A DNA stretch of 61,366 nt, counting the filler, from Hausera hauseri (lineage: Eukaryota), in the NCBI GenBank assembly GCA_046269625.1. It is 11 parts of 11 records of this genome, joined end to end, with 100 filler letters (N's around TTAATTAATTAA, not from the genome) between each part and the next. Parts side by side here need not be neighbours in the genome. Positions count along the whole stretch, not along the records: positions 34,608 to 39,257 come from JBJURY010489243.1; positions 39,358 to 45,818 come from JBJURY010098653.1; positions 45,919 to 51,581 come from JBJURY010210855.1; 8 more parts are not named here. One strand, given 5' to 3'. Of the stretch, positions 36,682 to 48,900 are shown piece by piece. How positions within the stretch are numbered: position 1 is the first letter of the stretch; each line of letters opens with the position of its first letter. A program made the translations under genes and the position numbers. Below the pieces are notes generated by a model. That model saw only the letters and a list, made by a program, of their open reading frames with translations. It ran no database searches and was not told the DNA's origin.

Positions 36682-38170
36682 GTCTGCGAGGCACTTTGAA
36701 AACTGAAAGACATATAAACATACTCTAAGTGGCCGAAAGGTGTTATGACAGCCGTCTTCGGTATGTCAGCAGAGAAACTGGGATCTGGTGATATACCTTC
36801 TGTAAGTCTATGCACGAGAATATGGAAGTGCCATGGAGGTTTCAGAGGATGTCATTTATCAAGATGGAGGAGAATAGGTGTCCATTGTCGTTATAGTGTT
36901 TAATTGACGGTAGTCACCGCATGGTCGACGGGCGCCGTTTTTTGGAATTGCATGAAGTGGAAAGGCCCATGATGACTTTAAATGCCGAATAATGCATGGT
37001 TGTTCCAAAGAGTGAAATTCGGTCTGGACCGCTTTTCTGTGCTGTGGTAACAGAGGCCGTGCTCTCTGATGAATGAGTCGTTGAGTAAAAGTGACGATGT
37101 GATGGCAAGTGTTGGAAGATGGTTGATATGTGGGGTCTTTTTGTATTATTCTGGGACAATCAGAAGTAATGAATTCTTGAACGTTAGGCGTTAATTGAGT
37201 GAAGGAAGATGGCGGTGTGACCAGCTGTTCAACTGCAGTACAAACGGTTGGTCGTGTAAATGGAATGTGAGGAACAACTTCAGATCTATCGACATTCAAT
37301 TTGTCTTTTGAAATGAGTGACAGTTGTTTTAAAATTGATTTTATTGTTTGAAGTGGTGATATTGAACTTTTAAAAGTTGAAATCGAAGAAATATTAGAGC
37401 GATCAGTTTTTTGTCAGACGACGATTCCTGCAGTGACCTAGTAGGTTATAGTGTGAAAATAAGTAAATCGGATCCGAGAATTGGATTTTGAACATTGGCA
37501 ATTGTAAAAGTTCGTGAAAAAGGAAGAAAAGATTTTATCAGGATAGAGTTCTGTTGTGCCAATGGTATGTAAAAGTTCACCATTGGCATTAAACAATTGT
37601 TTTGTTATTGAGGAAGATTTTTGTAATGTATAAGAGAGAGGAAGTAGTGAGACTGCAGCTCCCGTGTCAGTGAGAAAGAGAATAGGTGAATTTTTTTGTT
37701 TAAGGGTAGCCTGTGAGTAAAAACAGCAAAGCATGCGTTACGGCTATTAAGTGAGGAGTTTGCGCCTTGACCAGAGGTTGTCGTTAGTTCTACTGGCTTT
37801 GTGAGTTGTTTGAAAGAGTTGTGAAATTGAATTGTGAAGATGAGGTGTAAAACGTGCAGTCTGGTAGACATTTGCGAGCACTGTGGTGAAATTTTTCATG
37901 ATAAATGCAGGTGGCGTCATTTGATGAAAAACCTCGATTATAAAATCTGCAACCTATGTAGCATTTGTTTGCATTGTTTTTAAATGTAGTGTGAAAAAAC
38001 AAATCTGATTACACGCAAGTGAATGGTTGCACGATGAATTATTTGATTTAGCGGGAAATTTTCGGTTCCCAGAACAAGATTGACGCGGTAAAGTGATTTC
38101 ATTAAATTTGTCGGTAACAGCCCTGATTGCTTGACGTAGTGCCACGTTTTCTGCATCTATTGACTGCAAC
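36682..38170 (-). mobile_element. Gypsy gag-protease-RT 5' fragment, decayed
   Basis: CFFH..F.NNANKC and CIYHEKFHHSARKCLPDC Gag knuckles, FLTDTGAAVSLLP, WAFPLH, RPCGDYRQLN, KTAVITPFGH. Confidence 0.87.
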
Positions 38171-39006
38171 TCATTATTAATGTTTCAAACTGTGTTCTGA
38201 TTTTGAGTTGGTGATGTTGAACGTCTGACTGTGAGTAGTAGAAAAATGCCGGTCCTGGTTCACCCCTCCCGCTTTTACATGCAGCCAATCCGAAGTGTGC
38301 TTGATGCGCACACCCGCACGGACCGATACATTCGACGACGTAGATGTCAAAAAACACTGTGCACGGTGCACCCCGGAAGCGGGGAAGTGCACGTAAAAAG
38401 CGGATGTTAGAAGAAAGTGGTGCACGTCGTTGAGTAGCACATGGAATGATGGGGCGCGGAAGGAGCATCGAACGGTGAAGGGCCGAAGTCGATGGGAGTT
38501 AGGGCGGAAGCAGCGGGCTTGGGCAAAAAAGTGAGCCAGGACCGGTATGTGGTTTATGGGGAATTAGAAGACGCCCGTGTGTGTGCACTAATGAAGGCGG
38601 CCGGTGTTGAGTAGCACGGAAAACGAAAGCCCAAGGCGTGGGCTATTCGATACCTGTGTCCGAATGGAAATAACCGCATCAAGAGCGCAGGTGCGAAGAG
38701 AAACATCGAAAACCGGCATAGGGTATATCCTTTGGAAACGGAAAAAATTCGTCCAAATTAAACGTAATCGGGTTCAATCGATCGGTCATCGGTTACTGAT
38801 TACGAATATGTGTATCGCAGAGTTTTTATGCATTGCCATCAACGTACAGAAGAGGAAAAACGAATTTCCTACGTACATGTGAACTTTGAACACGTGAACT
38901 TTTATGCGGTTTTAGACAAATATTTGAGGTAAATATCGATTTCACACACACATACATACGGAAAGACATATATATAAGAGGAAGAAAAGTAAATGTAAGT
39001 AACAAG

Positions 39007-39257
39007 ATGATTGCAACAATAAATTATCGTGGTTATGTACGTGGAACAGTTGAACATTTACAATTCAATCAATGGAAACCGCAACAATGTGTATTGAGAT
39101 TGGACAAATATACTTTGGTTATTTTCAAAAATGGTAAATGTAGAGTGATGGGCTGTAAGGAACCAATAGAGAAATGGAAGATAAATATTGAGAAATATAA
39201 AATTGTAGTCATCATTGAAAGAATTCAGTCAATAACTGTTACATGCAAGTTGGGTCT
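39007..39257 (+). CDS. Highly divergent TATA-binding-protein-like ORF (first core repeat; cut by contig end)
   Basis: TLVIFKNGKCRVMGCK matches TBP tALIFSSGKMVCTGAK; IQSITVTCKLG matches IQNMVGSCDV of repeat 2; TATATAAG at 38971. Confidence 0.6.
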
Positions 39258-39357
39258 NNNNNNNNNNNNNNNNNNNNNNNNNNNNNNNNNNNNNNNNNNN
39301 NTTAATTAATTAANNNNNNNNNNNNNNNNNNNNNNNNNNNNNNNNNNNNNNNNNNNN

Positions 39358-40075
39358 GAGATCAGATTGTTCCGTTTGGCGAGTGTTTGTGATTGGGTGT
39401 CTGGTATTTTTTTCAGGTGTTGGGAAAAGTTCTTTGGCTCTTGCTGCTGTTTTCAGAAAGTATGTGGCCCCTAGGCCTGATGTGTTTAGATATAATAGGG
39501 CTTTCTCAATAAGGGGATAGGTAGTTTTATCTTCTTTTTTCTTGAGCTTTTGGAAGTCCAGATACTCGAGTACGAGTTGTGTTACATCTTTTCTCATGTT
39601 ATTAGGGTCGCAATTTGGAAAGAAAGGATTTTTGTATTGGCCATAGTTGACAGCATAGTGGAGCACGAATAGACCACTATCCTCGCATTTTTGTTGTAAC
39701 GGGTAGTCACGAAGGAAAGAGATGCCCAAGCGTTCCTTTATTGAGATGTATGAGAAGTGGTATAGTATTTCAGTAAGTTTGGCGGTTATGTCGGTGTGCT
39801 CTTGGGTGGGTTCACTGGTGGCGGGGTCTATTAGGAAGCAGCAGTAGTCAGGGCGTTCAGAGACAGAGTAACCAGTGAGAGGCGCGTACGCGTATGGGCC
39901 ATAGAATAATTTGCCAGTTGGCGAAATAATTAAAGGGAAAAAGTTGGAATAGAGGTCTTTCATCGGACTGCAGCAGTGCTGACGTCGATAGAGGATTCAC
40001 AAACAGGACACCCGGATAATCAGCACGTTTTACCTGGATGTAGAGTTCGATCGTCCAGTCACTTAGTCATGCACT
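39358..40075 (-). pseudogene. Second Ulp1-like domain with catalytic His and Cys substituted
   Basis: *LSDWTIELY, VLFVNP, DYCCFLIDP, PLQQKCEDSGLFVL. Confidence 0.6.
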
Positions 40076-40174
40076 GCTAATATCCAAAGGTTGGGTTGGG
40101 ATATTTATATTGTTAAATTTATGTGATTTTAGAAGGTTGTTAGAGGTAGGGTTTTCCTAACTGAGTTCGTCTCA

Positions 40175-41044
40175 TTAGGTATCACGGCAATGGCGGGTGG
40201 CTGATGTTAGTAGTAGTTGGGTTTTACAGAGTAGGCAATAGAGGGCTGAGTCATGTGGGGTGGAGGTGTGAACTTTCAGTTTTAAGTGTTGAAAGGTTCC
40301 GTGTTGGAATTTGGCGGTGTTAGGTAGGAATGTTGATTGGAAGGAACAACGACTTAGGTTGCATTGTAGTACTAGTTGGTTAGTTGGTGTTTTGATTAGG
40401 AGGAAAGCAGTTTCTGGGGTTGTGGAGAAGTTATTAGAGGTGGAATTTGGAGCTCCCGCTGTATACGAGGGTTTCGCAGGAGTACTTGTTGATGGAGGAG
40501 ATTCTGGAGAGATATTTGTGGAAGTTCGTATAGATTCTACATCCACTTTAAGATATGTGGCATCTGCAGCTAGTTGAAGCATGTAGCCACAGACATAGGG
40601 ATCACAGTCATTAGAGTTTGAGAGAGGTTGGTGGTCTTTATGTTCATATTGATCTCTGAAAGTTAACTCTGGGATGTTGAATACAGTCTTGAAGACATCA
40701 AGGCGTGCATATAATAGTTGGTTGGGGATTTTGGTATATTCGGAGGATTTGAAGGGATCAATTAGATATAGAGAGCTGGTGTTTTTGTTTATATAAACAA
40801 GTAACCAGTGGTGATTATGCCAGAGTAAGATGAATGTGTGAGTAGTTGTGTCTATTAGTTTAGCATCTTCTGTTGATAGGTGAAGGTGTGCGGAGACATC
40901 AGTAGTATTTGGTAAGGCAATTTGGAATAGATTCCATGAGATATATAAGGCTTTATGTCTGAGGAATGTTTGGTAACCCCAATAATCAATTTCATCCGTC
41001 GAGAACCATGTCTCAGGTTTGTATTTTCTCAGTTTGCGTTTCAT
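40175..41044 (-). pseudogene. Ulp1/C48-family cysteine protease domain plus Zn fingers
   Basis: WFSTDEID, NHHWLLV, LIDP, HQ..NSNDC; then CNLSRC..HLKLKVH and CLLC..RHC. Confidence 0.8.
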
Positions 41045-43934
41045 TGAATTGTTGAAATTTTACACATATTATTAAGAGGTGTGTACGGATGGTTGCAAGT
41101 AGTTGTTATTTTTGTAGGTGTGTTTGAGTTTTAAGGATGTCGGAATAACATTTGCTGGAGGAAGAAGTAGAAGAAGAGATAAGGGAAGCAAGTTGTGTAG
41201 GTGAACTGATTTGGTCTACATGAGAAGGAGAATTAGTATTTGGGGGAGTGTGATTTTCACTTGTTGAGACGGTCTCAGTCAAAGAAAACCTAGTTGGTTT
41301 ACTTGTGATTTCAGAATTTTTAGTTTCTATTTGTGGTGTATAATTTTGGGTATTAGGTGGGGATTTCAGGAAGCATTCTCTGGACGTTTGAGTAGTACTA
41401 TCGGTTAATTCTTCAGTACATGTGTTAAATATTTTTGTAATAGTTAGGGTTGATGTAGGTTGAGTAGTTATGGATTGTTGAGTTATAGCAGGAGTTGAGG
41501 GTACGATTAGTGGGTGGTCATAAGTTTGAGTATTGGGTGTGCTTATATTTTGGATTGGTAGTTTATGAGAAATTGCAGAGTTCCCATAAGTAATGATTTT
41601 ATAATTATTTATCAGGTTTATAATTTCTTGTTCTGCTTAGGGTAAGGTTGCTCTTGAGAGGTTAGTTAAGAATGTTATTATTTCAGGTCTGGAGGAGAAC
41701 TTCAGAGTTCAGAACGTAGAAGGAGGAGAGTTGTAGGTCAGGAAAAATTTGCGTAGAAAACCTAAAGAACGGTTTATAAGTTTGGTGTTATCGAAGTTGA
41801 TGTTAGATTTGATTCGTGCGCTATGACCTTTGTAGAAGAAATGTCTTAAGGCTCGGGCGGTGGGGCTATATTATTCGAGTCTTGTGTCGCGAGTTGAGAG
41901 AGCATTTTTGAGGGGCCAGGTGAAAGGAAGATTATTCATAGGTTTTATTTGGTTCTGGTCCAGTGTGGGGATAGTGGATGTAATGATAGTATGTGGGATT
42001 GGTTGGTTAGATTTTTCAGGTATTGGGTATTTTAGTATAATTTTAGTGGGAATTGTTGTGGGTTTAGGTTTGTAGTTATGTAGTAGAAAATCCATATCTG
42101 GAGTGGAGGAGGGGAGGGAAGCACGAGACAGTTTTTCTAGGAATAGTAATATTTTGGCTCGAGAGGTGAAGTGGATCGGTGCGTAAGGTGGGGTTGATTT
42201 GTACCTTTGCACGAAATCGTTGAGGAAGGACGTAGCTTGGGTTTTAAGCTTATCTTTGTATATTACTGAGGGACTGACATTTGGCTTCTGATTTTTGGCG
42301 AAAAAGATTTTCAGAGATCTTACAGTAGAGATGAACTGTTCAAGGATTGGGTCGTGGGTAGTAAGAGCATTTGGTAGAGGCCAAGTAAAAAATGCATGTT
42401 GAGTTTTTTCAGTGTTAAGTTCCATTGCATTGTTGTTGGGTTTAGATGTGTGACGTTTTGTTGTGGTGTCGGTGATATTTCGGATTGTAGGGTTTTCAGA
42501 TAAAATTTCAGAGACATTCATCCGGTTCCATAAGTGGGGGAAGTTGGTAGGGTTTCGCTGAACAATATATTCTTGAGTGGCTTTAAGGAAGTTAAATATT
42601 GTGTGATGAGAGTCAAAGTGGAAGTTGAGATTGGGTGTATCAGTACTAAAGGAAGGAAGTTTTGTCTGAATTGTGACGATACGGGATGTAAGTTTTTTCC
42701 AGAAGATTTGTGGAAGTTGATTGGTGGGAAATGCTATATAGTATGTAGTTTTTTGAAGAGCAGTCTTTGGAGATTGGCAAACAGGATAGAAGCATAATGA
42801 GGTAATTGGTGTTTTAAGTCGTAGGAGTATTCATCGATATCTTCATTCACTATATAGCTTGTTAGTTGTTCCTCTACGGGAAGGTTCGACATTTGGATAG
42901 GGACGCATGTTTTTGGGGGTTGCAATTGTTGTGCAGAAATTTCAGAGTCGCCATATGCGTGTTTATGGTACGATTGTATGTAGGTGAGACTGCTTAGGAT
43001 TCTAGAAGGCAGAAATATTTGGTTGTAGAATTCATCAATAGTTTGTATAGTTCGATTGTGGCAGAAGGTAAATACAAATCGTGCAACTTCATGTGTCTGG
43101 GTAATTGGTAAGGAATCGCACGCGAGTGTAAAGAAGGCTTTTAGGATATGGATGTTGCCAATTGTGGCAGGTTTGACTGTGGAGTGAGTGGTGAAGAATC
43201 TTAGGTGGTTGGGTATTTGGTTGGCATAATATGACAATGTGGTCTTTTTGTCTTTGGTAAGGCTATCTATAAGAAAGAGAATCCAATTGCAGGAGTTATT
43301 TTTAAGGAAAAGAAGAAGGTCTGTTGCCATGCTTATAAGAATAGCGAGGTATTTCTCGCGGTTCTCAGACATCAGAGTGACAGAAGTGCTACTTTCATGT
43401 AGGTCGCAATTTTTGTTTGAAGTAGTAAAGTTAGAGGCGGGAGTGAATTTTATAAATTTCATTTTCGGAATAGAAGCAGGAAGCACCCCATCTGACTGAG
43501 TGTGCTATGACCTAATATGAGCCACAGCGATAGTTGTAGGGTCAGTCTGAACCGCCTTGTCAGAAAGTTTAATAGAAGGTGTTTGGGTTTGTTGGTGTCT
43601 CTTTTTGGAAGAAGTGGATGATTTGATCTGTTTATAAGGTCTTCGGAGACGCTCCCTCGGCGGGACAGGGGCGGTTGTTGCAAAGTCTGCAGTCTATTGG
43701 TGTGTGGCGGTGGAGGGAGTGGAAAAGATGGAGTAAGGGTTGGATATCGTGGAGGGAGAGGCCAGAGGTAAGGAGGAGGAGGGAGATATATCATATAATG
43801 TGTATTTGGGGCTACGGGGCGAGCTGTGCAACTCAGAAATGCCTCCTAACCTCTATGCGTCGGAAACACTGGGAAAAATCCATGGACACAAAATTCACGA
43901 AGTGAATCCTGGTCTGCTACTCTATTGATCATCG

Positions 43935-44720
43935 CCTGACGTAATTCCGACACTACCAGAATCTCTAGTCCCTTTATTTCTACGTATGTTGTCAGTGTGC
44001 CCAGGCAATCTAAGGGGCTATTATTTGCACATCGTAGTGTGGTGTCCTATTTCTCAGTTTGCCAGTTTATCCACGATCTTCTTGCTTATGACGTTTACCG
44101 TGGCCCCCGTATCCAATAAGCAATCTTCCAATCCATATTGTATCTTTAACTTGATTCCTGGTCGTCCATTAAACTTCCTGTATGATATTTGTTAGGCATA
44201 CAATTCTTCTAGCGTGAAGATGTGCATATCGTTCCCACTTTCCTCCGTTTTTTTGCAGCATACTTCCTCGAAATTTTCCGTTTTTATAAATTGCAGCAAT
44301 TTTCCTGTGTCTTTCTATCCATCACTATACATCCGTGCCCTTTTCTTGATCCGTCTATACTGTTTGATATACTATAGCTATTATACATAACGATATTTTT
44401 GGAGACTGAATCTACTGTATTGCCCCGATTTTCTCCACTTCTGTCGAGGCTCTGCCTTTGGAGCAACTGGCTCCTGTTCTGATTCTGTTTCTTCTTTCTC
44501 TACATTTGCGATTTCCCCTCGTCTTCTGTTCAGATTATCCCTGTACCTTCTTTTGGCGTTGTATCTATCCCATCCTGGTTCTCTTCTCCCCTCCAGTCTG
44601 GTGTAGCACTCCTTTTCCTTATTGTGACATCTTGCTCAGCTAAAGTTTATACAATTTCGTATGATGTGCTTTAGCTGACCACATCCATAGCATCGTATTG
44701 GTTTTCTTTCGGGGCACTGG
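43935..44720 (-). pseudogene. Gypsy gag-protease fragment
   Basis: EDCLLDTGATVNVIS protease motif near 44085-44130, with a degenerate Zn knuckle upstream. Confidence 0.7.
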
Positions 44721-44759
44721 CAGTTTATGTGTCTCTCTTTTCCGCATTCAAAGCATTTA

Positions 44760-44910
44760 ATTGAAAAATTTAACCTTCGAGCCTATAGACCTTCAAGGAA
44801 GCCAATGCTTTCAAGTAAGAATATTGCTGACCTTTTAGCATTTTGCCATAAATATTCTCACTGGACACCTGAAAATGGAGTTCAGTGTTATTTTCGGATG
44901 AATCAATATT
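44760..44910 (+). mobile_element. Tc1-family transposase fragment
   Basis: [22 protein letters not shown]..(frameshift)..W.SVIFSDES. Confidence 0.8.
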
Positions 44911-45350
44911 TTCTTTGTTTCTTTTGTTAGGGTTTGTTAATTAACATATACCCAACCTATACCCCAAACTATCAGTCCAAACAGAAAACCAAATACAAAC
45001 GCAACCAACTTAATTACAGAATATATGATTCTAAACATTAACAATTGATTATGATTCCAATAAAAAGACTATGACTTTATATGATCAACCCAATACTATA
45101 GACTATGACTGTGTGTATATTATTGTGATAATTAATAAATCTGGTATATACAACTGTTTTGCCTTTTGTGTTGATGTTGAACCCTTGACGGGTATCTCTA
45201 CCACTCCTGTTTCATGTGTAAAATTTTGTTAACCAAAGCGGCTAAATGAATAATTACTATATTCAGTAACGTTAAAGGATGGAAGTGCAGGCGGAATCCA
45301 CAATCTAAAAGAATGTGTATGTAATTAGATGCAAGATGCAAGATATTGGT

Positions 45351-45452
45351 CAATAATTCCATTGGAGTCGTAACGATAATCTGACACATATCAGCACCTC
45401 CACCGGCCAACATTTCACGAAATGGAGACAACTCTTTTCCTTCAGGTTTCAA
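45351..45452 (-). pseudogene. Mitochondrial glutamate carrier (SLC25A18/22-like) fragment
   Basis: EMLAGGGADMCQIIVTTPMELL versus family [23 protein letters not shown]. Confidence 0.75.
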
Positions 45453-45728
45453 CGACCATCCAAAGTCTGCCAATTTTAGATTATAACCATAATCGATGAG
45501 CAAATTTCCAGGCTTTACGCCGCAATGTATAACGCCTTTTGAATGACAATACACGAGTGCTTCACATAGAGTGGCCGATCTACAATCATTAAATCTGCCA
45601 TTCGCAAAATCCTATACATCTGACCTTACCAAGCATACTCAAGAACCAGTTAAACTCGAATATCATCACCAAACCAAGTATACAATTGCAAAATATTCTG
45701 ATGGGATAATTTAGTCATAATATTCACT
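45453..45728 (-). pseudogene. Aurora kinase fragment (subdomains IV-VII)
   Basis: LSHQNILQLYTWF, LVLEYA, YCHSKGVIHCGVKPGNLL, LKLADFGWS; HRD motif mutated; splice acceptor TTTTTTGCAG upstream. Confidence 0.85.
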
Positions 45729-45918
45729 GCAAAAAAAGAAATTAACAGAATTATTTTCAAACATTGATTTTTTGAACAAAACTTTCACTGCACAGATGAA
45801 TCCTTTTTTTTGTCTTAANNNNNNNNNNNNNNNNNNNNNNNNNNNNNNNNNNNNNNNNNNNNTTAATTAATTAANNNNNNNNNNNNNNNNNNNNNNNNNN
45901 NNNNNNNNNNNNNNNNNN

Positions 45919-48900
45919 TTTATTCCAGATACAATCTGTTGGCGTTTAGATCCAGTAACATTTTCTTCAACAAGAAATAATACAAAACTGGCTGGAATCA
46001 TTGATAGAGCAAAATTCAAAAATATAGATAATGATAACTCTAACGTCATTTGGCTCGTTACTTGATTCAATTGATCTTGTTTTGAATATACCAACGGGTG
46101 GTTGGATACGGCAATGCCATAAGTTGATGGGTTATTCCGAGATACGACTCTCGATCTCAGTAGTAAATTATCGAACATATTTGCATATGCGGGCATTGAT
46201 ACGTAACCCTTAGAATTAACCCAGATTCTCGTGTACGTTGTTTTCTTTCCAGACATTCGCAGAAATAATTGAAATGAGTGTAGAAAATTTGACGAATTTT
46301 GAGTATAATTGAAATAGGAATAGAGTGAAGGCCAGAATGATCCATTTACCAACATATTACAGGACTGTCCAAAGGAATCATTCAAGAAAAACTGATAACC
46401 ACCATACAGTTGTTGTTTGTAAAACATGAATTTTTTTATCAAATGATCAGAAATATTGTATCCGGTTAGATTATTTAAAATGTCTGAACTTTCCATTAAA
46501 CGTGAAGACGGTGTTGGTCCACCACTGGTTGGGTCCGAACATTGCTGCGTGCCCGTTTGATTACAATCGCAATCCGGTGTTTGCATTGGTATTGGATTAG
46601 AAGATGGACTTGACCAGAAATTTCTGCTGGCGTCATAACATTTGTAACCAGTTAAATTATAGATAGATGGTGCCATACAGCGAATGCCTGATTGAACAAC
46701 ATCCGACCCGTACGAATCACTCACACTGTCTACAGTAGGATCAGATACGATATCTTTACGATAAAATGTATAGAGATTGCTATATTGATTCCTGGGCATC
46801 ATAAGCCACGGATGGATTGTCATTGAAGGTTGATTCACGAACTTATTAGACGACTGTAGCACTGCAACCATTAATATTATCAAACATACAGGCAATATTA
46901 ATTCAGCCACAAATCCTCGAATATTTCGTTTTGTATAATGAAATCGTTTATATTGTAATGCCGCTATTTGTTGTTTAAATAAAGTGAAGCCACTCAATAA
47001 TTCGCATTCCAAATTAACAATAGGCGATTTTGCGGGGTTGTCTTTTATTATTCGATCTCTATCTCTCAGGCTCAATCTAGAAGCCGGAAGAGGTAAATCT
47101 CCGGAATCTGTCAAAATTCCTAAACCTTCGGAATAATCCGATTTAGTCGGGTCGTCGGCAACTTTCAAAAATACTTCTTCCAATGTTGTATCTGATAACC
47201 CGTACGTTGTCACGTTCAATTCGTTCAATGATTCGTCTAATTGTTTAAATAAATTAGAAAATTCCTTGGTTTCTTGATTCGAAATTGGAAGTATAATCGA
47301 AATTTGAGTCATGGTCTCTTCCACTATTCGAGCATTAGGTACAAAGTTCCTGACAAATTCTAAAACTTTTTCTGTTGACTTTGACGATTTCGATTTGACG
47401 AATTCTTCTTTCGTGTGCATATTCTTTTCCAAAATCAAATAGTATCCTTCTCCGAATTCTCGTTTGAGAAAAACAGACGACCCACAACATTTCAATTTCC
47501 CCTGAGAGATAATGGCAATTCTGTCACTAAGGTAATCTGCCTCATCCATATGATGTGTAGTCAACACGATTGTCCGGTCTGATGTACGAAACTTCATGAG
47601 AAGATCCCAAATTCCTCGGCGAGCAAAGGGATCTACTCCCGCTGTAGGTTCGTCTAGAAATATGACTTTAGATGCGCCAACAAAAGCCATGGCTATGCTT
47701 AATTTTCTTTTCATCCCTCCAGATAGTTTTTTTGAAAGCGAATAAAGTTTCCTTGACAACCCAACGTCTTCTACAATTCTCGGTATTTCTAAAGCAATTT
47801 CGTCGTTTGTCATGCCTTTTAATAAACCGTAAAAATACACATGATCCTCAACAGTGAGCATGTCAAATAAAATGTTATGTTGTGGACAGAGACCAAGAAT
47901 ATTCCGAATGGAGTCCATTTGGTTTCTGATGTCTTTGTGTAGAATAAATGCAGAACCGGATGTTGGTGGATAAATACCAGTGAGAATGGAAATTGTCGTC
48001 GTTTTGCCTGCTCCGTTGTGTCCAAGGAATGCCGTAATTTGTGATTGGTAGAAATTTAGACTTAATTTATCAACAGCAGGCTCTTTGGATTTGGGATAAC
48101 GTTTTGTTAAATTTTTTATTGCTATACCAACATTTAAATTTTCTGGTTCCATTTCTATTTTAAAGAGAGAATCAGTTGATAAGAGAAAATTTTCAGACGA
48201 GGAAATTTCTGAATGATCGCTGTACCCGCACCAATACCATTTAGTGAATAGGAAATGGAACTCCGAATTCACCACGAAAGACAGCCTCAACCTACCACGT
48301 AATGAGTAGGTAAATGACACTATCAGTCCACATCATAACGACACAATGACCAACACCGAAATTTAAGTTAAGGACGGTTATAGAACAAATTGTCGAAATG
48401 CACTCCAGTTGTTGTTTGTTCCAAATTGGCGATCACTAAGAAAGCATTACAAAGAGAAACCTGAGCAGAAAGACCTGATACATAATAAATTGGAGCAGTG
48501 ACGATATCTTGATTACGCATGATGATGGTGTAGAGCAAATAAAGAAGGTAGTAAATGACCCCTCTTGCAACTCCTGCGATGTTGGATCGGTTGAGAAAGA
48601 TACTAAACATAAAATATTGGCAAATAATTGATACAACATAAGAAAACAGTACAATAAAAACAACACTTGGAGAAGAGAATTCAAAGATTTTCATGAATTT
48701 GATGGTGAAAGTCAAGATTATAACGGAAATTGTCGTAACGATGAGAGAAGACACAAACCAGGCAGCCCAGTGGACAAAATTAGACAATCCCATTAACCGT
48801 ATAAATTTCTTTAGTCGTTTTTCTTTCTCGTAGGCAATGTTTTTGATAAGGAACGTGAAAGACATTACCCAGGAAATGACAAGAAATGGAATAAAATTGG

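Larger units (their letters stand above)
39358..43800 (-). mobile_element. Decayed N-terminal region of a probable NeSL/Utopia-like non-LTR retrotransposon (Pro-rich, duplicated domain, Ulp1, Zn fingers, Ulp1-like); RT not in contig
   Basis: Long intronless C/A-rich coding strand with C48-protease motifs and C2H2/CCHC-like fingers. The clade call is an inference, since RT is absent. Confidence 0.55.

Noticed and set aside
43800-43935. Possible 5' self-cleaving ribozyme or snRNA target site of the NeSL-like element
   Set aside because: Only a small hairpin (ATTCAC-TTC-GTGAAT) was found; no HDV-like fold or snRNA match could be recognised by eye.
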